This document shows, piece after piece, positions 41,146-49,755 of a stretch of DNA of 64,000 nt. The stretch comes from Minisyncoccota bacterium. Its GTDB lineage: Bacteria > Patescibacteriota > Minisyncoccia > Phycocordibacterales > UBA918. A program made the translations under genes and the position numbers. The stretch lies in the NCBI GenBank assembly GCA_041389025.1, contig JAWKSP010000001.1, forward strand, positions 2 through 64,001, written 5' to 3'. The notes below the pieces were generated by a model. The model had not been told where the DNA came from. It worked only from the letters and a program-made list of their open reading frames with translations, and made no database searches. Position 1 is the first letter of the stretch. Each line of letters begins with the position of its first letter.

Positions 41146-42627
41146 CTAATTACTAAAACTTTCCTCAGCGTGCCTTAAAAGACGTTTAACATCATCATTA
41201 CGTCCTTCAGAACCAAGAATAATTATTGCTACCACCCTTTTTGTTCCCTTGACAGTTAAGTGATGTAGACTGATTGATGTCTGCCCAGCTGCCCTAGTCT
41301 CTCCTACCTTACCGCCAATAAAATTATCATTACCGGATATTTCATTAAAATTCTCCAACTTACCGAATTCATCTTTAACATAAGCGGTAGACAAGTCTTG
41401 ATTAGCAGTAATCTCAAATATAAATTTTTTATTAGTGTAAATATAGCGAGTCAAACGAAGTAAATCACTTAGGGTAGAGGTATTTTCAGCCCCCAAACCG
41501 GAAGGATCGATAAAGTGTGTATTATTCATTCCAATTTCAACGGCTTTTCGGTTCATTAAATCAATAAATTTATCCCGTCCAAATTCTGAAGCTATCACTT
41601 CCGCTGCTTCATTTGATGACTCAACCAATAGAAGTTGTAACAGACTGTACATAGATACCTGTTTTCGTTCCTGCAGTCGCGGGATTAAAGACTGTACAAA
41701 AGTCGGTTTGGTTACACTAACATTTTTATCTAAATTTATGTTTTCTGTCATTACCACCGCCGTCATGAGCTTTGTTAATGAAGCGATGGAAGCCACTATA
41801 TCCAAATCACTAGCCGCCAAAACCGTACTACTTTCTATATCGGCAATTAAATAATGCGGGGTTTTCATATCAGGAATTTTTGGTTCATAAAGAAAATCAC
41901 TGGTATTCATATTTTCTTCATGCACTAAAACTGGTGTGTTTATTCTAACTAGATCAAAAAGCTCCTCAGCGGCTTGATCTTTCAGACGAATACAATCACC
42001 AGTAAAGTCATTAGTTACCATCTCATCATTGGCATAAGTTGGTTGGCCATGAATAAAAAAATTACTTTGAAAAGAAAAACTCCAAGGCTGATAAACTTGT
42101 CCCAAACCAGAAAAATGATTTTTTTTCTTACTCTCTACCTTATAAATACCGGACGGTGTCTGACACCAAGAACCGTTTTTGCCCTTAGACAAAATATCTG
42201 ACATTTGCTTCAACACACCCTCCTCAAAATACCTGAGCTTCATTTCTATTAAATCCACATCAACAAAAGTTAGTTGATTATCAATAAAAGCTTCTCTGGT
42301 TTCTTGATAAAAATTTGGTTCTGATAAAGCTATTTGCACTCCATAATTTAATGGCTCCACCGCTGAAGTGAAAGGGTTAACAATTGACATCTGTGTCACT
42401 GAAGCAGTATTAAAAGAAGCCACTGCCCCTACACTAAATACTCCAAGACCAAATAATATAAACACCAACAGTGCCGGAAAAGTCAAAAGTGGGGTGAAAT
42501 GACTAGAAATAAAACTTTTTTTCTTAGCTTGTTTTAAAGGTGGAATCAGCAAACCTCGGGCCGTATTAGGGTGATCATCCTCATGTCTAACAGCATAAAA
42601 TTTTCTTTTACCTGAATCATCAATCAT
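41146..42627 (-). CDS. Fusion protein: N-terminal TM, YkuD-type L,D-transpeptidase domain, and C-terminal serine-type D-Ala-D-Ala carboxypeptidase (peptidase S11/PBP5-like) domain
   Basis: LDT catalytic region FIHGQPTY...TGDCIRL (H...C[IV]R motif). DD-CPase SxxK ASLTKLMTAVV plus SGN-like and KTG-like motifs (VESSNE, IGGKVGET). Confidence 0.6.
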   Translation of the reverse strand: MIDDSGKRKFYAVRHEDDHPNTARGLLIPPLKQAKKKSFISSHFTPLLTFPALLVFILFGLGVFSVGAVASFNTASVTQMSIVNPFTSAVEPLNYGVQIALSEPNFYQETREAFIDNQLTFVDVDLIEMKLRYFEEGVLKQMSDILSKGKNGSWCQTPSGIYKVESKKKNHFSGLGQVYQPWSFSFQSNFFIHGQPTYANDEMVTNDFTGDCIRLKDQAAEELFDLVRINTPVLVHEENMNTSDFLYEPKIPDMKTPHYLIADIESSTVLAASDLDIVASIASLTKLMTAVVMTENINLDKNVSVTKPTFVQSLIPRLQERKQVSMYSLLQLLLVESSNEAAEVIASEFGRDKFIDLMNRKAVEIGMNNTHFIDPSGLGAENTSTLSDLLRLTRYIYTNKKFIFEITANQDLSTAYVKDEFGKLENFNEISGNDNFIGGKVGETRAAGQTSISLHHLTVKGTKRVVAIIILGSEGRNDDVKRLLRHAEESFSN

Positions 42628-42653
42628 GACAAATATAATAACGTAATTTAATC

Positions 42654-44033
42654 TTAATTTTCATCATTAACCACAGAACTGGTAGCGGATCTTCCAGACA
42701 AAGCTACCTCAAAAACAGACGGACCAAGCAGAGCTGATTTAGTGTAGATATTTGATGGTGCCCAAATCATAAAACTCATTACTCCAGCATCATAACTGGC
42801 CTGTATTTGATCTCTAACTTCCTTTGGACCATAATCACCACCGTAATCAAAATCCTGAATCCAAGTTCTCAGTTTATCCGCTGTATAAACAGGTTTTCTG
42901 TAAACTGCCGGAGTACTAGTACCAACTCGTTCGTGCAAAAAACCTTTAACAGATGTAGTGGTAGCCGTCATACGCTCTACTCCTGAAGACATCGCATAAT
43001 TAACAATCTTGTACGGGTATAGATTTGGATTTCCTAAGCCTAAGAAATTCTTAGGATAATGTGACGGATAAACCATCGGAGCAATAAAATCAAAATACGG
43101 AGCCGCTCGTTCGATCACTTGCCCAATCGACAAGTCATCATGATTGGTGGTAGTCATCCCAAACAAATCAACTGATGTCCAAGGCGTGGAAGAAGACCGA
43201 CCAGTATTTTCATGACGATAAGCTGAAAATTTTTCCTCTTTATCCAGATCCTCATTTAGATACTTAAAGAAAGCCTCTAAGTTTGCCTGTTTGTCATTTG
43301 GCCACTCTGAGCCAGCAGTATGTGGAAATGAAATATCTTGCATATTACCGTCACTAGGATAACGCACATAATCAAAATTAAGTTCGTCAAAACCAATATT
43401 ATAGGAATCGACCGAAAGCTTAATTATGTAATCCCAGTATTCACTAGCCGCTACGTCGATAAAAGATAAACCTTTATGGTCTTTCCAGACAGTGTTACCA
43501 TCTAATTTCTTAACAGCTAAATGGGGGAAACGCATCGAATAAAAAGGGTCTTGAAAAACAGTTACACGACCGATGACAAAAATATCTAAATCATGCAGAT
43601 AAGAAATAAAGTCCTTCATGTCTCTAGCTCCACATCGTGCATTTTGCCAAGCTGGTAACCATTCTTCATGCTCTGGATTAAATGAAATAGTACCGGAATA
43701 ATCTTTTATATCAATAACAACACTATTTATCTCAGTTTCCTCAATCAACTTAACCACTCTTGCTCGAAAGTCCGGAGTACCAGCCACGCATGAAGTCATA
43801 TAAATAGCTTTAACTTGCGGCGGTAGTGGTACATGATTTATAACTTCTCTGGTATCAACAATCTCAGGAATCGACTCTTCTACAACAGATGCTGTTTTTT
43901 CTTCTGCTGCCATTAAATCGTTTGATTCTAATCCTCTTTGATAAGCCAAATCAGTCTTGGGAATGTAAGCATAACTAAACACGGCCGCTGTGCCGGCTAT
44001 AACAATTAAAGCTAAGCTTATGTACTTAGACAT
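42654..44033 (-). CDS. Putative extracytoplasmic glycoside-hydrolase-like TIM-barrel protein (GHL/DUF4015-like), N-terminal TM anchor
   Basis: VKAIYMTSCVAGTPDFRARVVKLIEETEINSVVIDIKDYSGTISF resembles glycoside-hydrolase-like family proteins. Tentative. Confidence 0.4.
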   Translation of the reverse strand: MSKYISLALIVIAGTAAVFSYAYIPKTDLAYQRGLESNDLMAAEEKTASVVEESIPEIVDTREVINHVPLPPQVKAIYMTSCVAGTPDFRARVVKLIEETEINSVVIDIKDYSGTISFNPEHEEWLPAWQNARCGARDMKDFISYLHDLDIFVIGRVTVFQDPFYSMRFPHLAVKKLDGNTVWKDHKGLSFIDVAASEYWDYIIKLSVDSYNIGFDELNFDYVRYPSDGNMQDISFPHTAGSEWPNDKQANLEAFFKYLNEDLDKEEKFSAYRHENTGRSSSTPWTSVDLFGMTTTNHDDLSIGQVIERAAPYFDFIAPMVYPSHYPKNFLGLGNPNLYPYKIVNYAMSSGVERMTATTTSVKGFLHERVGTSTPAVYRKPVYTADKLRTWIQDFDYGGDYGPKEVRDQIQASYDAGVMSFMIWAPSNIYTKSALLGPSVFEVALSGRSATSSVVNDEN

Positions 44034-44038
44034 AATTA

Positions 44039-44305
44039 CTATTTTAGCTCATTTTCATCAAAGAGTTGCGGGGTTGTCTCCACAAACGAGTCTACACCTC
44101 TTTCTCCATTTCCTCGATCAATCCTAGATAGATACAAGGCACGCCTCAACATATAACCAATAATAACCAGTACTGCTCCAGCTCCGGCAATAAGGTACTG
44201 TTTCAAAACTTCAGGTAAACCAAAAAACGGTAGTACTGTCAAAAATATACCAATAATAAATACGAGAGTCTCTTTTGACATAGGTTGTACGGTAGTATAC
44301 CGCAT
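44039..44305 (-). CDS. Small 2-TM membrane protein
   Basis: 88 aa, two hydrophobic helices. Confidence 0.35.
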   Translation of the reverse strand: MRYTTVQPMSKETLVFIIGIFLTVLPFFGLPEVLKQYLIAGAGAVLVIIGYMLRRALYLSRIDRGNGERGVDSFVETTPQLFDENELK

Positions 44306-44400
44306 TAAGTGTGATATTCAAAAAACACTGAGAATTTAAGAAAAAACCAATATATAAAGATCACCCTTACCCCTTGCTCTTAATAAAAGTCATCACAATT

Positions 44401-44475
44401 TAAGTAAAGAAACGAGCGCAGCGACTATTCTGAACTTATGTCAGAATTTGTTCTGTCCTTGGGCAAATTCTGACC
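44401..44475 (+). repeat. Structured repeat family, copy A (solo unit)
   Basis: taagtaaagaaacgagcgcagcgactattctgaacttatgtCAGAATTTGttctgtccttgggCAAATTCTG. 9-bp stem with a conserved loop. Related to copies B and D. Confidence 0.65.
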
Positions 44476-45144
44476 CCCTGTTTGTAAAATTACTACAAAC
44501 TCCCCTTTTTGTTTAACCGGCTCCTCGGTCAAAATATTCAAAAGCTCAGTTGGTGTACCCACCAACATTTCCTCATGCAACTTAGTGAGTTCACGTGCTA
44601 ATACCACCTTCCCCTCAGGATTTGTTTTTACTAGTGCTTCTAAAGTTTTTAAAATACGGTGAGTAGACTCAAAAAAAATAGTTGGTTGCGGAAAGGTCGC
44701 GAGACTTTTTAAAAAAGTCTCGCCACCTTTCTTCTGTGGCACAAACCCCAGAAAAGTAAATTGATTGCCAACAATACCAGCAATTGAGAAAGCTGCCGTC
44801 ACCGCTGACGCTCCAGGTATAACATCTATTCGCGCGCCCGCTATGCGGGCGCGCGAGACCAACATCACCCCCGGATCACTCACCCCTGGCGTACCAGCAT
44901 CGCTCACAAGTGCTATATTCTTCCCCTCCCCTAAATCAGTCAAAATCGCTTCATGCACCTTCTCACTAGTATGCGCATCATAGCGCTTCATTGTCGTCTT
45001 GATATCGTAGTGCGACAAAAGTTTACCGGTCACTCGCGTATCTTCACATAAAACATAATCAACCTCACCCAAAATACGAATAGCCCGCAAGGTAATATCT
45101 TCCAGGTTTCCAATCGGTGTCGCTACTATATATAGTGTTCCCAT
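44425..45144 (-). CDS. rsmI: 16S rRNA (cytidine1402-2'-O)-methyltransferase RsmI
   Basis: GTLYIVATPIGNLEDITLRAIRILGEVDYVLCEDTRVTGKLL, tetrapyrrole-methylase fold. The last 17 codons are encoded by repeat element A (see repeats). Confidence 0.8.
   Translation of the reverse strand: MGTLYIVATPIGNLEDITLRAIRILGEVDYVLCEDTRVTGKLLSHYDIKTTMKRYDAHTSEKVHEAILTDLGEGKNIALVSDAGTPGVSDPGVMLVSRARIAGARIDVIPGASAVTAAFSIAGIVGNQFTFLGFVPQKKGGETFLKSLATFPQPTIFFESTHRILKTLEALVKTNPEGKVVLARELTKLHEEMLVGTPTELLNILTEEPVKQKGEFVVILQTGGQNLPKDRTNSDISSE
44826..44860. repeat. Perfect GC-only 12-bp inverted repeat inside the rsmI coding region
   Basis: tcgcgcgcccgc-tat-gcgggcgcgcga. It encodes SRARIAGAR in an otherwise ~30% GC genome. 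Confidence 0.6.
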
Positions 45145-45205
45145 AACCAAGCATGGTAACAGAAAACCTAAAAAAAGAAACCGAGCGCATGCGCCCGGCA
45201 AAATT

Positions 45206-45655
45206 TCAATCCTTATTAGGATTTATTAGAGGTTTAGGTTTAAAGTAAATAGAGATATAACTTATTCCATGTTGAAAATACATCAGATCCCATTCACCAT
45301 CTTTTATCAAGTTTGGTTTCTCACACTGTTCGAAACCAAAATCATGGTTACTTTGTCCTTTGATACTTAAGGTCAACTTAAGTCCGGTTTTTGTCGCTTC
45401 AACTGCCACAAATTTACCCATCAAAATATTGTCTTCTGGAAGACCTCTTTCTTTATTCCATTTTAAAGGCAAAGTAATCTCAACCACATGTGAAGCCAGA
45501 CATTTCTCTACCAACTCCTCAGTCCAACCAATTGGTAAACTAACGAGTTTTTCTACCACTATTTCTTCTCTTAACATCCCCAAAGTTCCGCTTATAAATT
45601 TTCTAATTTTTCCTAAGACAGTATCTGCATTAGGTATATTATAAGAGATGGTAAA
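45206..45655 (-). CDS. Hypothetical protein
   Basis: 150-aa ORF with a 4-nt gap to rsmI. No family recognised. Confidence 0.35.
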   Translation of the reverse strand, partial: FTISYNIPNADTVLGKIRKFISGTLGMLREEIVVEKLVSLPIGWTEELVEKCLASHVVEITLPLKWNKERGLPEDNILMGKFVAVEATKTGLKLTLSIKGQSNHDFGFEQCEKPNLIKDGEWDLMYFQHGISYISIYFKPKPLINPNKD

Positions 45656-45830
45656 CATAAACACCCCCACTTATTTGATTTTCAAAAAAATCCGCCAACA
45701 GCAATTCTGTTGCGGACAAATAGCTTCTAAAAACTAACTATAGCATCTTTAACTAAAAAATCACAACCAAAGTTCGATATAAAATAGAACAACCGCAAAT
45801 CCGTTAGGTTTTGCGGTCAAAAATCAACCT

Positions 45831-46802
45831 TCAATCTTTTTTAAACTTAAAGGCAGGCAGAGTCAATCTGTCCAAGAACTTTTGAAACCACCATCTTTCA
45901 GATTGTAACATTAGTTTTTTTATCTCATTATTTACTTTTAACTCCTCTACTCTTTCCCTCACTCTGATGCACTCAATTAGTGATCTTATCCTGAAGGCGA
46001 GCACATACTCCACAACAATCAGTAACAAACCAACACCAACTGCCCACACACGTGTTTCTAGAGTCATCTCTACGGCAGTAGTATGGTATGTTGCAAGTGC
46101 AAAAATTATACTTGCAAAAAATACCAGTCCACCATCCCCTTTGAACACTTCATGTGAAGAAGAAAATTTCATGACTATATAGAATACAAATATGGACGCA
46201 AGTAAAGGAGTATGTACCCCAAATACCATTACCAAAATAATGTAAGCTGTCACACGATGGAAAGATTCTGCAAAAAGATTTGCAGTCACTATCACCGACG
46301 AAAGTAAGAGTAGTATAATAAATATTGGCCCTGGAGTATCCTCTGTAAAAGGATCTAATTCTATTACCTTAAACTCACCACCTGAATAAGTTAATTTATA
46401 ATAATTGACTAACTTCCAGCCCCATAAACTAGATATCACTTCCTTATAAGGACGGAGAACTCCATCTTCTCCAACTTTTTCAGCTCTAAGAAAATCACTG
46501 TCAGAAAAAACAGGATATTCTCTCTGTAACCCTTCCTTTGTCATGGAAAACCAAGTTTTCTTCCTTACCCTTGTTTCAGTTAAGTTACCATTTTCACGTA
46601 CAGTAGTGGTGATTGTTTTCAAACAATGAATATAGGCATTATTCACCACCTCAGAACAAATTTCGTCCTTTACCGTTACATTACCCTCCTCTTCGTTTGC
46701 TAATGATACAGATGAAACAAAGATAGTAATCAGAAAGAAAAAACCAAAGAATTTATTTTTAAAAGACCACATATCACCCTCCTTTGGTGAAGTTAATTTC
46801 AC
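45831..46802 (-). CDS. Hypothetical polytopic membrane protein with N-terminal extracytoplasmic domain
   Basis: Signal/TM at N-terminus, then ~150-aa soluble region, then 4-5 TM helices. Confidence 0.4.
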   Translation of the reverse strand: MKLTSPKEGDMWSFKNKFFGFFFLITIFVSSVSLANEEEGNVTVKDEICSEVVNNAYIHCLKTITTTVRENGNLTETRVRKKTWFSMTKEGLQREYPVFSDSDFLRAEKVGEDGVLRPYKEVISSLWGWKLVNYYKLTYSGGEFKVIELDPFTEDTPGPIFIILLLLSSVIVTANLFAESFHRVTAYIILVMVFGVHTPLLASIFVFYIVMKFSSSHEVFKGDGGLVFFASIIFALATYHTTAVEMTLETRVWAVGVGLLLIVVEYVLAFRIRSLIECIRVRERVEELKVNNEIKKLMLQSERWWFQKFLDRLTLPAFKFKKD

Positions 46803-46929
46803 TCATCATAAAAGCAATATAATAGATTTATGTCAATATTGACTCAATTGTAATTCGTGCTATTGTATAAAGCAAATAAGTGTTCTTTACTTATTGATCG
46901 TTTCATTCACAACAAAAAAGGAGAGTCTT

Positions 46930-47742
46930 GTGGATATTACAAACTTTTGGATTCCTTGTATTCTGATGGGTTTTGGTATAGCAATTGATGTAACAATCGC
47001 TACTTTGGCGAAATTTCGTGATAGAGAATTATCATTAAGAACTTGGACGATACCTATTACTATTACACATATTGTATTTCCAGCAGTCGGATATTATTTC
47101 TTCTGGGGAATGAGTACATGGATGCCAGGTTTACAAACCATCTTAGGAATTACAGGCTTCCTATTGGTCGCATTATTTTTATATGAAGTATTATGTGAAT
47201 CAATGGGTAAAGAACCTGTTTTTGGCATCTCTAGTTTTGTGGCAAAACTATTTGGGCTTCAAGAAGACGATACTCGACGTTTCATTGCTATCTTAGCAGT
47301 TAGTTGGGATGCACTTTGGAGCGGACCAGCCAAAGAATCACAGGCTGAAGTTGAAAAGTGGACGAATAACGAAGTGTTTTTATCGTTTTTTATAGCAGGT
47401 ATAGCTGTAGCGGTAATTGCTCAAATAGCACTAGCAGCTGCTTATTGGTTGCGCAAAATACGCTTCCATGACCCAGAAAAGCTTTCTAGATTTACATATT
47501 GGGGTAAATACGTAGAACTCTCAGTTATTGGTGGTTTTGGTGTTTTGTCATTATGGTATGGAATCGTCGGAGGTGGTGATTTATACGTCTCAATTGCTGT
47601 AACCTTTGGCATAATGTGGTTTGTTTTCTCAAAATTCAGAGAAGAACTTATGGAAAATGAACTAACTGAAGCCAAAGATGCAGTTGAATACGAAGACAAT
47701 ACCACTGAACAAGAAGTAGTTCTGCCAAGAGAAACGTCTTGA
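46930..47742 (+). CDS. Hypothetical polytopic membrane protein with an SD-GTG start. Possibly horizontally acquired.
   Basis: aaaaaggagag-N4-GTG start at 46930 (the track ORF begins at TTG 46894). Locally higher GC (~38-40%). 6-7 TM helices. Confidence 0.45.
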   Translation: MDITNFWIPCILMGFGIAIDVTIATLAKFRDRELSLRTWTIPITITHIVFPAVGYYFFWGMSTWMPGLQTILGITGFLLVALFLYEVLCESMGKEPVFGISSFVAKLFGLQEDDTRRFIAILAVSWDALWSGPAKESQAEVEKWTNNEVFLSFFIAGIAVAVIAQIALAAAYWLRKIRFHDPEKLSRFTYWGKYVELSVIGGFGVLSLWYGIVGGGDLYVSIAVTFGIMWFVFSKFREELMENELTEAKDAVEYEDNTTEQEVVLPRETS

Positions 47743-47763
47743 CCTAAAATCCAAAAAGCTTAC

Positions 47764-47801
47764 AGCGGGAAATTTCTTCAGAAATTTCCCGCTTTTTTTT
47801 A
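47764..47801 (+). terminator. Rho-independent terminator
   Basis: agcgggaaatttc-ttca-gaaatttcccgct followed by T8. Confidence 0.75.
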
Positions 47802-47879
47802 TTTTTAGTACGAGCTCTTGACTTTTATATTCAATCAAGGGTATAATTTTTACATCACGACGAGAAGGGGCCCAAACGG

Positions 47880-48404
47880 TTAACTACCTAAGGCCCCCTT
47901 TTCTTTTTCTATTTTATGTCTAATATCCTTCTTTCCCAAATCATCAAAATACTTACGGGTTATTTGTTTATATAGGGATGATGCCCTTTTTCCGTCTGGA
48001 AACAATATCTTTTCCAATTTATTTTCTTCAATTAAAAAATCAATCAACATTTTGTAATCACCATCTCCTGAAACGAGAACTATTTTGTTAAATTCCTCAG
48101 CTTTATAAAGCCTTTTCATAATTGAGAAAATAATATCAGAATCTACATTTCCTTTCTTTTTTCCAAGCATAGCTGAATTATGTTCGCGAAATACAAGAAT
48201 AAAACCTGCGCTCTGGATTTCTTCATATAGCGATTCATACTTTTGTCCATCTTGTACAAAACCCAAGTAATAATATGCTTTAGCTACATGGTACTTTTTT
48301 TCTAAATAAATTCTAAACCTAGACAAATCAACCTCCCAAGCATTGTCACAATTTTTAATTCCTAAAAATAGATTTTGACCATCCACATAAGCAATATTTT
48401 CCAT
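47880..48404 (-). CDS. NYN-domain (LabA/PIN-like) protein
   Basis: IAYVDGQNLFLGIK...VLVSGDGDYKMLIDFL, typical NYN motifs. Confidence 0.6.
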   Translation of the reverse strand: MENIAYVDGQNLFLGIKNCDNAWEVDLSRFRIYLEKKYHVAKAYYYLGFVQDGQKYESLYEEIQSAGFILVFREHNSAMLGKKKGNVDSDIIFSIMKRLYKAEEFNKIVLVSGDGDYKMLIDFLIEENKLEKILFPDGKRASSLYKQITRKYFDDLGKKDIRHKIEKEKGALGS

Positions 48405-48547
48405 GTAAAAAATTATAACAAATATTATTCCTATTTATTAACCAACCCCTCCGCCACCATCGTCGTCATGTCCCCTACCCATATATATCCAAAGAGGAAC
48501 CCTTCGTACACACGGAGGGTTCCTCTTTGGAAACTTTGGAAATACTT

Positions 48548-49132
48548 TTACCCTAAGTAATATCGTTTATACTCCACACTATCCATATTCCCCACCCCGT
48601 AACATTCAGTCAGTGAAAAATGTGGAATGTTTACATCCAAAGAAAAATCCTTTAGAGAATTCGCATAATCCAATCCTTTCTGGTACCCAGCTTCATCTAA
48701 ATCAGCAAAGGCTAGCGTGATATGTGGCTTATAGTCTTCAATTCTCGGTAGCCAAACTTCAAATCCATCAGTCACCTCACTCTTTAGTAAATCAAACAAT
48801 CCCTGCAACTCATCATTCACCTCTACTTTTAAGTAGATTACATACGGGGTTATCTTTCCTTCTATCGCTCCTTTCCAATTATCCCAACCACCAAATCCTC
48901 CGGCTTTAATCGAAAAACTTTTAGGCTTATCAGCCACCTCTTTAAATAATTTATCCGCTACCAATAGCTGTTCTTCACCTAATATTATCCCAGTACCAAC
49001 AGTGAGATGCGGTAGCCAATCCACCAAACACTTTTCTGAACCGGTTAGTTTCGATAATTCCTTTTGTATACTTCTTACCTTTTTAAAGTCCTCCTCACTT
49101 AAGTAACTAACTATGGAATAATTCTTTGTCAT
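48548..49132 (-). CDS. 2H phosphoesterase superfamily protein (LigT/2'-5' RNA ligase-like)
   Basis: Two H-x-T/S-x motifs: HLTVGTG and HITLAF. Confidence 0.55.
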   Translation of the reverse strand: MTKNYSIVSYLSEEDFKKVRSIQKELSKLTGSEKCLVDWLPHLTVGTGIILGEEQLLVADKLFKEVADKPKSFSIKAGGFGGWDNWKGAIEGKITPYVIYLKVEVNDELQGLFDLLKSEVTDGFEVWLPRIEDYKPHITLAFADLDEAGYQKGLDYANSLKDFSLDVNIPHFSLTECYGVGNMDSVEYKRYYLG

Positions 49133-49140
49133 AAATATCG

Positions 49141-49455
49141 TTAAGTTAAAGCTAAATATCGAAGATAATCAGACACAGAATCAAAGCCAGCTTTTACAGC
49201 CTTTTGCTCAATTTTACTTTTATCATGAGCTGATACCCGAAAACGCAGTGTCTCACTCTGTTTGGCCTTATGCTCTTTTTCAGCCAAAATAAGACTTGGT
49301 AAATCAAGCAAAAGATTTGGCACATCCTCTGACAAAAAATCCTGATTGATCTTAGCCGCTTCACAAATTACTCTCACTGTATCATTATTCTTCTTTTTTA
49401 TGATATAGCTATATTTTTTATTTTGAACTGTTATGGTAGAAGATATTTCTTTCAT
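49141..49455 (-). CDS. hicB: HicB-like antitoxin with C-terminal ribbon-helix-helix
   Basis: Immediately downstream of hicA. C-terminus ETLRFRVSAHDKSKIEQKAVKAGFDSVSDYLRYLAL (CopG/RHH-like). Confidence 0.5.
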   Translation of the reverse strand: MKEISSTITVQNKKYSYIIKKKNNDTVRVICEAAKINQDFLSEDVPNLLLDLPSLILAEKEHKAKQSETLRFRVSAHDKSKIEQKAVKAGFDSVSDYLRYLALT

Positions 49456-49460
49456 ATTTT

Positions 49461-49697
49461 TTACATTATTTCTCTAATAAATGATTTCGCTTGCTCCTTA
49501 TAAAAATCTTTACATTCATTATTATGTACCGGTATTATTAAATCTTTGGTTAATTTGTAGTGTTTGAACTTAACATGACTGCCTTTTGCTTGTATCTTTT
49601 CAAACTCCAAATATTCAAGAATCATAAGTAGTTGACTATACTTAACAGACTTTGGATTATTTAAAAACTTCTCAACTAACTTGTCTTTCTTAGACAT
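49461..49697 (-). CDS. hicA: HicA-family mRNA interferase toxin
   Basis: AKGSHVKFKH...IIPVHNN matches the HicA GSH..F.H...(I/V)PxH pattern. 78 aa. Confidence 0.6.
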   Translation of the reverse strand: MSKKDKLVEKFLNNPKSVKYSQLLMILEYLEFEKIQAKGSHVKFKHYKLTKDLIIPVHNNECKDFYKEQAKSFIREIM

Positions 49698-49755
49698 TAT
49701 TATATATATTTTTTAATGTAGCTACATTATATATTAATGTAGCTACATGTCAAAC

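Noticed and set aside
47841-47910. A second hairpin (aaggggcc...ggccccctt) after the 47764-47801 terminator, overlapping the stop codon of the NYN gene.
   Set aside because: Imperfect stem with an ambiguous strand assignment. It may be a weak convergent terminator, which I cannot confirm from the sequence.
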